DNA of 64,000 bases from Syncephalis fuscata S228 (lineage: Eukaryota; Fungi; Zoopagomycota). The notes below the pieces were generated by a model. That model worked only from the letters and a program-made list of their open reading frames with translations, was not told where the DNA came from and did no database searches. Position 1 is the stretch's first letter. Each line of letters opens with the position of its first letter. Location of the stretch: assembly GCA_025786725.1 (NCBI GenBank), contig JAHLTZ010000010.1, positions 186,001-250,000 of the forward strand. Reading direction: 5' to 3'. Below are positions 1 to 14,853 of the stretch, piece by piece. The position numbers and the translations under genes are program-made.

Positions 1-208
1 TTGGTAATTATGCGCAAGTGTAATGTGCAGTGTGTGAGATGGCAACTCCGCTTCAAATATCCGTTTTTTCCAACTGGATTCTCAAACGATTTGTACGCTT
101 TTTTCTACTCTTTGAATTTGTTGCTTTTAGCTTCTTATCTTTTGCAAAAAGACAGTAGTGCGTTTTCAAACAGAACGCACGAGTGAGCACGAGACACTCC
201 TAGCGACT

Positions 209-2806
209 ATGGGACGTCGTCGGCCGGTATTATTGCCTCATCGGTTTCTTGGTCAGAACTACCATTGGATTCATCTTAAACAGAAAAGACGCGGTAGAAA
301 CTGGATAGACCCATTGTTTCCGCCCAATGCTGCTTCATTAGGACCGCGATTTGCTCATCTGCCCGGTATTGTATGGTATCGACCATGGGTAAGTTGGATA
401 GAACGTAGCAATTGAGGATAAAGCTAATGCTGTTAGTGTGTTAGGAAATTACTCCGCATGCACGATTTGCCAGCCGATCTCATCGATATAAAATATCAGG
501 TGTTATACAAGGGTAAGTATTTATTATAAATTATTTAAATATTAATAACAATGATAACAATAACAACAACAATAACTAATTAATAACTAATTAAATTTAA
601 CACCATAAAATATAGATCGATTGGTAATTGTTGGCTAGTGGCAACTATTGGCTTAGTGGCGCAACGGCCGAATTTGATGCGTCGTCTCGTGCCTTATATG
701 CATCGACAGAACTGGTCGCCTGCACATGTAGTTCGTAATCCGAGTAAGTAAAAGCGATAGCAACTAGATCATTTATTTATACTGGTTAGGCGTTTATCGA
801 TTTCAGTTCTATCGACTTGGTCGTTGGGTAGAAGTCGTTGTTGATGACTTGCTACCTTATGATACCATTAATGGCCGATTATTATTTGCACGCAGTACAG
901 ATCCTAATGAGTTTTGGGTATCATTGGTTGAGAAAGCTTATGCAAAACTACTTGGTTCCTATGATGTACTCGATGCAGGTTCTGCAGCAGATGCCATTCT
1001 TGACTTTACATCAGCTGTCGTTGAAAGCTGGCCGATTCGACATCCATTGCCGTTACCAACGGGTACAGATGGACGGTCACCTGAGGCAAAGAAGCGGAGG
1101 AAGGCTATGAAAGAAGAGATGGACAGTCGTGGAAACAGATGCGAGGCTATGTACAAAGCAGTGCATTGACCAGCTGTGCTATTCTACCGCGTGATGATAG
1201 CTATCTTGATGGTGTTACAGGGCCTACTTTACCATTCCCTTCAGCTGGCAGTGTGCCTAGTATACTACCTGATGGTCTTATGAGTGGTGTAAGTCATAAA
1301 TCCAAGTCTATTTTGTTTAGATTAATAGTGTTTTATTTAGCATTCATACGGTATATTAGACGTCGTTGAAGTAATACAATTCCGCTTCATTTAAAGCTAT
1401 TTCCAAGTAGTGCACGTCGTCGTCCTATACATCGACTAGTACTATTGCTAGATCCATGGGGAGAGGCAAACTGGCGTGGACGATGGAGTGCATGGGCACA
1501 TAATGATTGGGATCAACTTCCTTGGTGGCATAGTATTCCACTACGCAATCGTGCCAATAGACTTGAAGGTATCTTCTGGATGTCATTTGATGATTTTCAG
1601 GCTCGATTTGATGTCATTCAAGTTGGCCGTTGTGTTAATACACAGCTTTTATCATTTCAACAACGCTGGACTCAGCGGCGATTCCACGATCGTTGGTGTG
1701 GACTCGATGGTACTGCCGGTGGCTGTACCAACTTTGATGGTAGTATTGCCGGCAATCCACAGTATTTGATGATGATAAAGGAGAAAAATACTGAAGTATT
1801 AATATCGCTGCAACAAGGAAAGCGACTAAATAAGAATGGCCGACCTACTGATCGTCCTGCGCAAGCTGGCATGGAAGAAAGACAGCTAGTGACTGCAACG
1901 GCAGTTAGTATGCCAACACAGGCGGTAGGGGCGGCCAATCGAGAAGGCAATTATGTTATCGGGTTTTTAGTAATGCGCGTTGAAGAAAATAGAAAAACAC
2001 GACTTACTGAGCCACATAATGTTGTGGCAGCTGCGCCTTATCAAAACTCGCGTGAGGTTGTATTGCGCATTCGCTTGCCAATAGGACGTTACGTGATATT
2101 GCCAACGACATTTGCACCGGGCGAAGAGGCTGATTTTCTATTACGTATTTATTCTAAACCAGCAGTGCAAACTGCACGTCTTTTAGAATCGGGTATTGAG
2201 CCGCCATGGTGGAAACGGCTCTGGTCGAGTGTTTGTCAGTGTGTCTGGTATATTAGTCCAGCCAAGTCGCCAACATCTCAACGTGATCTTTCTTTCGTAA
2301 TGAAGCCAACTGGTCGATGGACTGTACGTATTATTCGAGCAGTATTTCCTCGAGAAATAGAAGCTACAGAGGATGCACCCGGCTGCATGCCAATCATACA
2401 AAACCGGCCGCCTTTCCGTGATGTCTATTTTCTTTTAAACTACAATGAACGTAGGACACCAGTTGAGACACGTCGTGGCCGTGTGGCGTGGCAAGAAGGC
2501 GGTGTGGCCATTTGGGATCATGACTATGTATTTTCAGTTAATGATCCGTTGCAGGCTCAAATTCATCTGTATGCTTATGCAGCGCGAATTGGGCGCGACG
2601 AAGAGCTAGGCGTTGTGTCTGTATCGGTGAATCGATTCGCTATGGAAGAACGGGTCGGTGGCACATGGGAGATTGTATTACCACTACTGCCAAGTATAGA
2701 AGAAAGTATGGCCAAGGACACAGGTGTTAATCTAGAACCTGTGCGCGAGGATCTAAGTAAAGTATGGCATGTTGTACTTCGTGTGTGTTATCAATCAGAT
2801 GAATAG
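209..2806 (+). CDS. Calpain-like cysteine protease (CysPc + domain III + probable C-terminal C2; calpain-5/TRA-3-like), multi-exon
   Basis: Spliced motifs: WIDPLFPP, QG|SIGNCWLVA (catalytic Cys), EFWVSLVEKAYAKLLGSY, GLMSG|HSYGIL (His), LLLDPWG (Asn position), FWMSFDDF, AGGCTN..NPQY, YVILPTTF. Two apparent 1-bp frameshifts near 1130 and 1373. Confidence 0.9.
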
Positions 2807-3145
2807 GCTGTTTATTTTGATGTAATATAAATTTTTGCTCAGTAACTATGAAATAAAAAACAGCTGTTTGCAAACGTATTCTATCGTTCTAAATTTATGA
2901 TAATAAATAGGTATTAGTAATATTTATTTATTATTTTGTCTTCCAGAATATGCTTATAATAGCATTTTTAATAATAATTTGTAGCAACTAATATAGTTTT
3001 CTATTAAATTCATTCTTTTAACTGATAATAATTATAATGCAACTTGTTAATTAATTGATGGTGTGACAATTAAACTACTAATAAAAAGCAGCCAATTTAG
3101 TATGCTGTCACTGAATAACCAACTAAAACTAGTTTTTCCTTCCTA

Positions 3146-4332
3146 ATGACGCTATTTGCTTTTGGTTCAAATGGCAATGGACAACTGGGTCTGGGCCATC
3201 AAGAAGACTGCTATAAGCCAACAGCCTGCCCATTGTCAGTTGGCGCTATCGTTTCAGTAAAGGGAGGCGGTAATCATTCGCTACTTGTTACTGCAGACCA
3301 ACAGTATGGGCCACAGGTGCTCACCAGGCAGGCCAATTAGGTAATAAAGAGTCGAAAGTAACAACTATATTTGCTCCACTTGCTGGCCATAATTCGCTAC
3401 CTGTCTCTGTAAAACGTGTTGCGTGTGGCTGGGAGCATTCACTAGTGGTATCCGACGAGCAAGTTGTATGGGCTTGTGGTTCCAATAGTCATGGTCAGTG
3501 TGGTCTATCAATAGATCGAGTATCCTCCACTACTTTGCCTCATAGCATCGACTATGTAGTGCGCGAAAAAGAAAATGGCAATAAAGATGAAAGCAAAGAA
3601 GAAAGTAATCGGGCTATTTGCATATCGGCCGGCCTACGTAGCTCCTGTGCTGTGACAGATCAAGGGCAGCTATACGTATGGGGATGTAATCGATCTGGAC
3701 AACTTGGCTATCCTAAATCGATAAAGCAAATAGTTAAAGCATCGCGTTTATTATCATTAGCGCAGCAAGAGCTTCAAGATGTGCAATATGTGTCGTGTGG
3801 CCAACGGCATACAGCAATCGTTGCGGCGGCCGGTCGATCAATTGGGTGTATTGGCGATAACCGCTGGTGCCAACTTGGATTGATGACGACGACGGCAGAT
3901 GATAACAGTGTTGGTCAACTGATGCTACTAGAAGATATATTACCATCATTTGAACCAACGGTTATTATTAGAGAAATTGGTACGGGTTGGAGCCATACTG
4001 TAGTGCGATTAAGCGATGGCCGTGTATTGGCATGGGGACGTGGTGACCGAGGACAACTAGGAGTACGTTTGCCAGAGGGTATACGTGGTTCTGCAACACC
4101 AATAATCGTTGATTTACCAGCAACCGCCGTTTCTATTGCTGTAGGATCTGAACATACACTAGCACTATTGGAGGACGGGCAGTGCTATACTTGGGGCTGG
4201 AATGAGCATGGTAATTGCGGTTTAGGTCATACAAACGATGTCTACACACCAACGGCTATTCCTTGGCCAATATCACTTGGTGCTATTCAAGGTATTGGAG
4301 CTGGCTATGGCACATCATTTATATGGACTTGA
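3146..4332 (+). CDS. RCC1-repeat beta-propeller protein, ATS1/KTI13-SERGEF-like
   Basis: N-terminus FAFGSNGNGQLGLGHQED; repeated RCC1 motifs (GWEHS, WGRGDRGQLG, WGWNEHGNCGLG); one frameshift around 3300-3340 joins ORFs 3146-3340 and 3445-4332. Confidence 0.85.
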
Positions 4333-5726
4333 TCAGCAATATTGCCACCAATTGATGCTTGAAATATGTGTATGTTACTATCTGCAAAAAATCACCTTTA
4401 TTTAATTAATAAAAGATACACATATGATTATATTGTAATACAGACTAAGTAATTAAAATATAAAGTATCATAAGCTTATCGAATAGTTGTATAGTGATTT
4501 ATAGTAAATTAAGTAAGCAACAATGAAGCTATATACCCCAGTATACTTGCCATTATATTTGATTTAATTTTAGCTGTTTGTTATTTAAAGCATTTTGAAT
4601 GGTGTATTATAAATAAATAGCTATATAACATTAGTATTTTACAAGTAAATAAACATCACGGCGCAGCTGCAGCAATTGAATCATAGCGTGCCAATACTCT
4701 ATTTAAACAAATGTTGATTAATGGTAAAGCTCGTTATTTCCTATATTTATTTAAAAAACAAGCTGTCAAGTGCCTCTAGAAAACTACCATAGTTTTAGAA
4801 TACACTAACTCTCTGAGCGGATCATCTCTGAGCTTTATCCAACCGTATTTCCGTTGCGTTCTTTTAGTGCTGTAAAACCAAGTTATAATTTCGAATTGTA
4901 ATCTTTTATCAAATCTATTGAAAATTCCAAAACTTAACGATTGATAAAATTAATTTTCGTAGAAGCTCTTTTTTTGGCATAATATAATCGAAGCTAAAAA
5001 GTATGGTTTGTAGTTATTTTTTTAATAAAGCAAATTTCTAACATTATAATTAACACAAATATCAATAAATAGTAATAGGCTTTGCTTACTTCCAAGATTC
5101 GTACAAGCGTACCATCCATTTTCTTTTAGAAAATCTAGTCCTAATCATAGTTTAGTTTATAATATATAAACAATCCAAACTTGTACCTGTTCCAATTCTT
5201 TTCCATAAACGAGTTATACGATCTAGGTCCTAAAGCCACGCACTAATCAAATAGTTAAAGTAGTCCCTATTATGTGAAAGCCATAGCCATTAAATTTGTC
5301 GTACCTTCCAAAGTTTTTAGAAACAATACTATATGTCTCTTCATATTTTACTTGTGGCAAAACATAGTACTTTTTTTCAAGATTATGCGTAAGTTTTTAA
5401 GTACCACAATGTAAAAATCATGGTGGATTTATCGTAAATATAACTGTGTCAAGGTTTAGTCGTTGAATAAATGTTGTACTTTCTATGGAGCTATTAAGTG
5501 AGAAAGGTATGCTGTGATGATTAGACAAATAAATCTGCTGAAAATGCAGATATTTATAGTAAAGTATATTATGCGATGGTTTATGTATTTGCTATGTGAT
5601 TGGACAAATACGATGTACATGTTTTTGTATAAAAACGTGAAACGGGCCCATAGAAATAAACCATAAGCAACAAATTCTCGTTATTTTAATATGAGATCTG
5701 AAAATGTAAGATAGTTTTAAAATAGC

Positions 5727-6880
5727 ATTCTCATTTCTATATATATATATATATATTGAACGACGTGATAAAAGCGTAGCCATTATAATGATACCATTTT
5801 TGTGTGGCTCCTATTTTTCAAGTGTTGATATTCAAAAAAACCATAGACTGCTTGTAAACTCTGTATATTGAAATTGCTTTTTGTCAATACTGATTAAGGC
5901 TCAGAAATGCCATGATTTAAACACAGAAAGACTGGTTTTAACAATAGTTATTATGATAAAATAGATTGTTGTAGATACAGCAATCAATAGCTTTTGTTTA
6001 CATTATGCATAATTACTACTGCATTATTTAATACAGACTGCAGGATAGGCACAAATCGTATACAAACATGTTTAATGTTGTGCCGCTAAAACAACAAAAA
6101 ATAGGAATCCAGGTTATTCAATTAGGATTCAATTAATCAAAATATATAATACGCCATACCAAAAAGATAATCTCTGAAACTAGCGTGGTAAGCAAAGTAA
6201 TTACTACTTCTTGTTATAATGTCTTAGAAGTAACTAATACAGTGTTACGTATTGATCATTTCGATCATCGGTAATGTAAACAGGATTTACGATTATTTGT
6301 AAATGCTACACTTTATATAAACAGCAATATGCTATAACAATAAAAACGATTTTTATTTACAATTCCCTTGTCTACGGCTGTTACAGCTAGAAAGTTTAGA
6401 GTGGCAATGGCTATGTTCAATTAAATGGCACATTGTGGCATTGCTTTATATTTCCGACCTTACATTCTATTCTTACTTTTACTTTTGGAATAGTTATTTT
6501 GTTTTCGTGTTCTGTGGTCATCACAAGAGATGTGGTTGCAAAATAATTATTTTCCATTCTAAAAATCATAAATGCACTAAATATCAAAGTAGCACATAAC
6601 TGAACATACTAATAAAGTTGAAGTCTGTTTTACTGCATATTAAATTTTGGTGCAATCAATTACTAATTTTAGTATCAATGTAATTATCTGTTTTGCTATT
6701 GTAAATAAATGAACTATTAGATTAGACGGCCTACGTGAGATTATTCTTTATTTTTAATCAGTAATTTTGATTAGATTATTGCTTACTAGTTATTGGTTGG
6801 ATAATACAGATAAGTCGATTTACATATGTCTAAATAATAAAAGCACTGGCTTACCCACTGCACATAATATTTGAATATGC
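5727..6880. repeat. ~1.15 kb non-coding dispersed repeat, copy A (inverted relative to 23521-24668)
   Basis: Near-identical reverse complement of 23521-24668; (AT)n tract near one end; no credible ORF. Confidence 0.9.
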
Positions 6881-7520
6881 AATATCTAATATCAATAAAT
6901 ATATAGTTTAATAATTGATTATGCTGATACTTGCTTCTGTGGCATTTTAGCATTTTCTTAAAATACTAATTTACTATGCAACACCTTGCAAATGCAATTA
7001 TTCACAAAAGTCATATTTTTTATTATTTACAATTAAATAACATAATGTTATTTATATATGTATAGGATCACGTAATCAATATTACATTTTTTATGTAAAG
7101 TTGCTTATTTGCAGGCTCAAGGACAATACATATATATTAAAGCAATAATAAAGATAACTAATTAATTACATTATTGTATTGCTAATTACATATAAATTAA
7201 TTAATGTTGAATGTAATATTATACACGTTATAGTGATGGATGAGTGTAATTGTATCTAAAAGTATTAAGAAAAACACTCCCATTCCACAAACTGAGACTA
7301 TCAGCGTGGTCAGTGGTATGTTGTGTACTTCACAAAGTGATCACTTGTTGTCATTAAACAAATATTGCTAACATTCGTTCAGTCTATTTCCCTGCTCTTA
7401 TTTTACTCGTATTTCATCGTGCTATTCACCGTACCGTCGACACTTACCAGACTGTTATACACTGTACATCTAGTTTACAATCTATCCAGCCTTTGTTGGC
7501 CTAGTCATTTTATGCATGTC

Positions 7521-10388
7521 ATGAAGCAATTCCTTCGCAGCTCAATAATCTACGGGCTACTGTTACAGGTGCCGTGGGCGAGGGCCGCAAAGCAGTATAC
7601 CGGAGACGCACTCTACAAAGATGATATCGGCCTCGATGGCGTCAAGGGACTACCAGCGGCATTTGCCGACTTTAATTCAGACAAATAGTAGGTGATAGTA
7701 GAACTAGTACGATGTTATACTTAATTATTGTTTAGTGCCGATATATTCGTACTGAGTGGAGATCAACGTACATTGACCGTTTACCTATGGCAGCCAGGTA
7801 AATGGAAATAATATTGGCTATAGCGCTGAATTGACCGTCTGTCTACCAATCAATTTAGAAACGGCACGATTTGAGCCATCCACGGCGATTATCACTCTAC
7901 CAGCTAGTGATGTAAATGGATTTGTTATAGAAAATGTGATACCCGGTGATTTCAACTATGACGGTACACTGGATGTACTTGTAATGGGCCGCAAAGAGGT
8001 GCCCAAGGAAGACAATGGACAAGGCGAGCTATTAATGCGTGTCTATTTGGGCAATGGACGGGATCATTTTGGTAAGCTTGTATAGCGTATTGGCAGCTAC
8101 AATAACAACTAATATACATATACATATGCATATATATATATATATATTAATGGATACTATCTATAGATTCAAATTACATTACTGTTCCATCATCTACTGC
8201 TATTCAGCCTATACCTTTTGATTTCGTCGGTGATATGCGTATCCACTTACTTGGATATCCATCGACAAACGCCGACACACTATCAGTATGGAAGAATCGA
8301 CCTATTCCCGTTGGACAGAATACTACAGAGCTATTTGATATGTAAGTATAAAACAGTGACATTTAACTTGGCTTAATCCAATTATTTTATTAGTGTAAAA
8401 ATGCCACAATCTGATAAATTCTGTAAATTGGCTCATCCACATTCTGGAGCATTTATCGATTTAAATGGCGACTGTTTAGCAGGTAATTATATATATATAT
8501 ATATATCATAATTATATATTAATGTGTATTTAGATCTATTTGTTACTTGTGAAGATAAATCAACAGACTCGCCAACATATCAAATATGGATTAATCACAA
8601 ATCGGATGGATTTCAACTAGCTCGTAATGGCACATTACCCAAAGGAGCAGGCCCGGTTTCATTCGCTGATATTGGTAATATCCAGTATATAAAACAACAC
8701 TCAATACTAATCGTAAAATTAGATGGAGATGGCAGTATGGATATGGTTGTGCCCAGCTGTAATGATAAACAAGAAAATTGTTATATACACATTTTATATA
8801 ACCAACAGGAAAGGCTATGTGGATATGATGACCAAACTGTATCATGTCGACCTTTAGATGCACTATGTCGAGCTGATAACAAATTTCAATTTATTGATCC
8901 AACTAAAGCTACAAATACTACAGTAGGGACAAAAATGATATTTGTAATATTTAGTATTTATAGCAATTTGTTAGGCATATACTAAAATATCAGTTCCTCG
9001 TCTATTAAACGGTGCACAGTTATTACTAAAAGATACAGAGTTTCAGGGCAGTTTTCCTATTCCTATTCGTACAGGTGAGTTAATTAGTATTAATAATTAC
9101 CGACTCTGTTTGTCGTAACACTATTTATCTACTTATTAAACAATAGGGGATATTAATCAGGATGGCTATCCGGATCTATTGTTGCTTATTCGTCAAGGCG
9201 ACGGCCATACTCGGGCCCGTATTCTTACATCTATGCCTTGTACAGACGATACATGTACTGCAGAACAGGTTCAAGCAAGTAGACGCTCTTTTCAACTACT
9301 TGAACATGGTGCTGATGCGCTGGATCAACTTGAAAATGTCAGATCCGCTGCCTTTTTTGACTTCAGTGACGATGTAAATAGTTTTTTATAATATTTGTTA
9401 TTACATTGTACTGATCAATGTTTATTAGGGCACACTTGATATTCTTGCTCTTTCCAAGTCTGATACATCAAATAATCGTAACAATATGGCCAATCGTCAA
9501 ATAACAACTTTACAAAACAATTTTTTCAATGATGCTTTCTTTTTAAAGACATTGGGTAAATACACATCTATCTATATTGTGTATATTATCAATACTAATC
9601 GTAGTTTAATAGTATTAAATGGCGTATGTGCAGGTCATTGTCCCACTGATCAAGGCTATCCCCGAGAAAGAGTAAGTAGCTAATAACTGGCCTATCCATA
9701 TACTTATTCATTAACAGCCCTATGGTGTCAACTATCACGGAGCATCGTTCAAATACACGGTTATTGATAGAAAGGGGCATAAACACGCCAAAGAAGGTAA
9801 GATTAGCAGTTATAAATGAACTAGATGGCTGATGCAAAGTGCAATAGTGGTTCAATTACCTCAATCGGCCTATCTGTCTTTACAATTGCCTTATAGTCTA
9901 TTTGGCCTGGGTAGAACAAACAATTATGTTGAAGAGCTGTTTGTAGGCATTACTAGACATCAGGTAATAGTAGATATTAGGCTAGTAGATGTGCAATAAC
10001 TAATTTGAGCTATAGACGGAACACTATCATGTATGGGCCGGTGTTATTCCCAATTCCCAATTGATTGTTGTACCTCATCAAGAAGCCAATGATCATTCTT
10101 CTGCAGGGTAAGTAGTTGTTATGGGTACATCTTTATACTAATAGGCTATGCATAGATGGACACGTGAGCTATTTGTTAATCCGAGTGCTTATATTCCCAA
10201 TGTTCTAATGGCACTGATTGGTACCAGTGTAGTTCTAGCACTTATTGTATTATTCTTGGATCGACGTGAAAAGGTACGTCTATTTGTACTATTTATCATT
10301 ACTTATATATATATATATGTCGTAATAGCGTGAGGATCAACGCGAGAAACTCTCCACTTCGCATGTATTCAACTTTGATGCATTATAA
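7521..10388 (+). CDS. ITFG1: ITFG1/TIP/LINKIN-like FG-GAP repeat membrane protein, multi-exon
   Basis: Signal peptide, [51 protein letters not shown]-terminal TM helix and REKREDQREK...FNFDAL* tail. Start could be 7512. Confidence 0.88.
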
Positions 10389-10670
10389 TAACATATGGCT
10401 ATGTTTGTACGCATCATTGTAGTGAAAATGGATGAATTAAATAAATAGTCATTGGTCATTTAATGCAATATTGTTTTAGTTAATTATACAGTTTTGGTAA
10501 TAGATAGCGATAGTAATAGTTGATATAAATGATTTAATTTTAATGTATTAATAAATAAATTATAATGTTGTAAAAATATAGCAAATGTGTTAATAGATGG
10601 AATATGAATAATAGAAAACATAATTTGACTAAAATGCTATGCTCTGCACTGTGTTGAATGTCACTTACAC

Positions 10671-11627
10671 TCAAATGGATCCCATCTGGCTATTCATTAG
10701 ATCAAGTGTGCTCATATCTGGCACAACTCCGGCCGATACTAATTTGTTGACAATACGCCATTGATATTTCTCGAGTGCACTATGAAGTGCCTCTACACAA
10801 GGGCGTACGCCATAGCCTAGTAGTAGATCAAGCAGTGCTTCCTCGCCTACACGAGCACAATGGACAAGCGCAAGTTCAGCCGGAGTAGTTGGTGTCTTGC
10901 TACTCTCGCGAATACGCATGCGTTTTGGATTCGACCGTGCAGACGATGTTCTATTTGTCATACCGTCAATACTATCAGCATCAACGGGTCCGCCACGACT
11001 ACGAATAAGCACGTCATTTTGGTCGTATTCAAAAAGCAGCCGAATGACGCGGGGCCAGTTGCGTTTGGCGGCCAACGCTACGGCAAATGCAGCCCGATCA
11101 ACTGATCCACCTCGTGTCAAATAGATATGTAAGCGTGTCCAGCATCTAGCTTCTGCTTGCGTACCGCCTCGATGAAACATACCGTGTGGTAAAGTGGCCG
11201 CTACTAATGATATTTTCGGCGCTGTCAACTCATATTCTGGCTCTTCTAATTCGGCCATATGAGCTGTTCGCTTTGTGCGTATAGTTGGTGGTGCTATAGC
11301 CATATCATAATCCGGTTCCATTTCATCCAACGGCAATACGACTCGTCGTCGCTGTCGTATGGACCGTGCCCAATACATGTCCAAAATAGCTATAACGTCA
11401 TCGTCAAAAAATCTATATCGAAGGCCGTAAGCAGCAGCTTTCTGTGGACAACCCTCGCTCAGTTCTAATAGATAACGGGCTTTTACGTATGAGCTATGAG
11501 CAATGTGATAGAAACGACGACAAACGCGGCTAAATGAGGCAGGTTCATGCAATCGATAAATAATGGCTTCTATTAATTCTGTTGTTAGCTGTGCTAGTCG
11601 ACTTGTACTCATAGATTGGCTGTTCAT
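10671..11627 (-). CDS. F-box-like / ankyrin-like hypothetical protein, single exon
   Basis: 318-aa ORF; N-terminal LAQLTTELIEAI..FSRVCRRFY (F-box-like); C-terminal ankyrin-like helices (LLDLLLGYGV, IVNKLVSAG). Confidence 0.65.
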   Translation of the reverse strand: MNSQSMSTSRLAQLTTELIEAIIYRLHEPASFSRVCRRFYHIAHSSYVKARYLLELSEGCPQKAAAYGLRYRFFDDDVIAILDMYWARSIRQRRRVVLPLDEMEPDYDMAIAPPTIRTKRTAHMAELEEPEYELTAPKISLVAATLPHGMFHRGGTQAEARCWTRLHIYLTRGGSVDRAAFAVALAAKRNWPRVIRLLFEYDQNDVLIRSRGGPVDADSIDGMTNRTSSARSNPKRMRIRESSKTPTTPAELALVHCARVGEEALLDLLLGYGVRPCVEALHSALEKYQWRIVNKLVSAGVVPDMSTLDLMNSQMGSI

Positions 11628-11956
11628 AGTATATAGACACCAAGTAAATAAGAATAGACCACAGTAGTAACGGAAATGAAAAGTGAAAATAAGATTGTCT
11701 AAAGGGAAAAAATTAATACGGCGTTGAAATTATCTAGTATTTTATAACCTTATTACATCGATTATTAATAATGAATAATAAGTCACTTTTGTAATATAGT
11801 TGACAACAATCGTTTATTTACTTATCCATCAATAATAGTTGACAATAGCAAGTACAATATATTTGAGCTTAATATGATGATTAAGTAGCAATTAAATTTA
11901 TTTAAGCAATGAATGGTGCTAAAATCACTTGCTGCTTAGCAAGTACCTTTTTATGT

Positions 11957-13029
11957 TTACGATGTCGTTGCAGTTGTTGTGTCAGCAGTTTCAGCTGGAA
12001 TAACTTCTTGCAAAAACTTCAACATATCCCGTAACTCTTCCGGTGAACTGCTATGCCCCATACCTCGGTAAGCTTTAAAAGTAACTGGATAGCCCAATTT
12101 CTTTAAGGTTTGCTCGGATAGAGTGCCAAATTTATACTGTACAACCTATGGATAGAGTTAACTAACAAGCTATATAAGCATCACTATTATATTACCTCGT
12201 CTGAATCACCGTGTCCCATAAATATCGGCGTTTTCCTATTCGCATCTGACATCATCTACGTATAAATGTAAGTATACATTCCTTCATATTGTTGCTATGC
12301 TTACTGTTGATATTTTGGTACGTAAGGGCAAATAACCACTTAGACTAACAATACCGGCCAGTTTAAAGTCGAATGTCATTCCGGTCAATAGAGCCATAGC
12401 ACTGCCTAATATCCATCCAGCGTTAATATTGGTTTATAGAATAGCAAATCAGCTATGTAATTAGTTTACCTTGTGAAAAGCCACCAATAACAATTCTATT
12501 CGATGGAATGCCTTTATAGATCTCATCGCGAATCAGCTTAGTAACTGTATGCTTGTTAATATAATCTATTTACATTCTATTCTACTTACGCTTGGCCAAT
12601 GAGTCCGACAAACCTTTATCATCTTCATCTTGATCCATTTCTGCCAATGATTGAATGTCATACCTAATCCATGGTCAGTAACAGTAGATGCGTACAATTC
12701 AGTACTAACCAAGCCGGCATAGACATGCCAAAATTGAGTGTCACAGGGCGTGTAGGACTAAATGGTGAATTAAATCAAAAGTGCCTTCAAAATACAGCGT
12801 CTACTTACGCGTTAGGCAAAACAAACTTGACATGCGGCATAAGCTCAGCCAGTTCTTCAGTTACCGGCGCCCTAGCATCCATTCTAGATTAATAGACTCC
12901 ATAAACATACTTTACTGCTTACCAGCCAGCGCCACTATCGCCTAGACCATGAATAAAAAATACAGTTGCTGTATGCTTTTTACGCGGTGCTTGTTCGATG
13001 GCCGTCAATGGCTTATCCGGATTGGACAT
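11957..13029 (-). CDS. Acyl-protein thioesterase 1 / phospholipase-carboxylesterase, multi-exon
   Basis: KHTATVFFIHGLGDSGAGW, FVLPNA, VTLNFGMSMPAW, GGFSQG nucleophile motif, IFMGHGDSD, YRGMGHSS. An upstream extension cannot be excluded. Confidence 0.9.
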
Positions 13030-13954
13030 GGTTCGAGTTAGTAGACTAGTGGTTGCAGTAGTAGTTGCAGTGGTAGTGGTAGTAAAATGGTTAACAGCCC
13101 GTGGTTGCCACACTAATAACGAGCCAAGACAAGTTAAAAACAATGGCCGGTGAATACCGCGCCTAACCCAGTACTGCAGCACTATTAATGCTTGTAAACG
13201 ACCGGGTCGTTAAGCAATAGAAAAAGGAGATTTAAGTAAAAGCTCAAGTATTACTTGTACACTAGTGTTATCAATAGTCTCGAGCGTCTATACACTCAGG
13301 TGAAACTGGCCGCAATAATAGTGCCAATAGACTGGAGTGTTAGACAGAAGTAACGACGAAAAGAGATAGTTTGATGGCAGCTGCAATGTGGCCATGGATC
13401 GGGGATACGAGGCATCCACATGTGCCAATGTAGAACAGCCATGAAATGATCAACACTGCCACCGCCATAAATATCAACAACAACAACATATTATTGACCG
13501 TATATTATTAACCGTACAGTATTAGAGTCTTAATGACAGCAACTATAGCTAACTATCTAATTATTGCTCAGTGTCTATTCTATCCCCTTGTTTTAATCAA
13601 CCACGAGTGACTATATCCCCATGTTAAAAACTGTTTAATAGTTTCTCAGTTTTCACTTTTTTTTTCTCCAATGAGCATTCATTGATGGTGCGTGTGTGCC
13701 ATACTCTGTATTGTAGCTATCCACGCCTAATACATTCAATTACTATGATGGGCTCACAATAAGTGAGTTTTGTGTGCGTGTACGTGGTCTACGTCTATGC
13801 GCGCATTCATCGTTTTGTTAGCGTTCTCCACTTGCCGGGCCGCTTTTGTCCTCCCTTCTCTTTGGTCGCTTGCTCTTTATCCATAGCACATTCCCTTCTA
13901 CCGTCGCATCCGCGTCTGTCATTTCCTTGTCGTTTGTAGTCTTCCACAAACACC

Positions 13955-14853
13955 ATGAATTCCGATTTACTCGCCAAACAACGCGCCGCTGTGCGTATCG
14001 GTGGCAAGGGCACACCACGTCGTAAGGTCAAGAAGATCGTCAAGAGCGGCAATGCCGACGACACCAAATTGAACTCGGCTCTTAAGAAGATGAATGTCCA
14101 GCCCGTCCCTGGTATCGAGGAGGTGAACATGTTCCGTGAAGACGGCAATGTTATCCACTTTGTTGCTCCACGCGGTAAGTACGGTAGAGAGAAAGAGCGA
14201 TGTGTTTGGTGGCTATCCAACGACGGATCTATGTTGGATCTATGCATTTCATCGTTCTATGACGTGATCTGTAATCTACTTTTATGTTTAGCATACACTT
14301 GCCATGTGGACACGTGTTATTTGCTCGAGCAGATAGATAAACACGGCTATATGGCTCAATCTTTATTTAAAGTGCTTGCACCTATCGGCTAATATTAACA
14401 TTGTTTATGATATCTAGTCAGCACTGCCGTCGGTAACAACACCTTCGTCATCAACGGTAAAGGCGATGTCAAGGGTAAGTCACAATGGCATAACATAGCC
14501 ACGCTAAAGTAATAACTATTCAATGCATACTAATACACTACTCCAACCATGTTACTTCTGGTCGCCATCGTATATTGTATCTAGAATTGACCGAGCTTGT
14601 ACCAGGTATCCTTAACCAATTGGGCCCAGACTCATTGGAGAGCCTTCGTAAGTTGGCCGAATCCTACCAGGCCATTCACCCAGGAGCTTTGGCTGCTGCT
14701 GCCAAGGCTGCTGCCTCCAAGGACGACGACAACGACGTGCCAGACCTTGTTGATAACTTGTAAGTTATTTATACAACATCTGTTAATCAATTAAACTGTA
14801 CTGATGCATTTTATTATACTAGTGACGAGGCTACCGAAGAGGCTACTGCTTAA
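13955..14853 (+). CDS. EGD1: Nascent polypeptide-associated complex beta subunit (BTF3/EGD1), 4 exons
   Basis: [51 protein letters not shown]; canonical GT-AG introns. Confidence 0.95.

Noticed and set aside
4620-5720. Possible degraded gene on the minus strand
   Set aside because: Only short open stretches with stops and frame changes; no recognisable motif.
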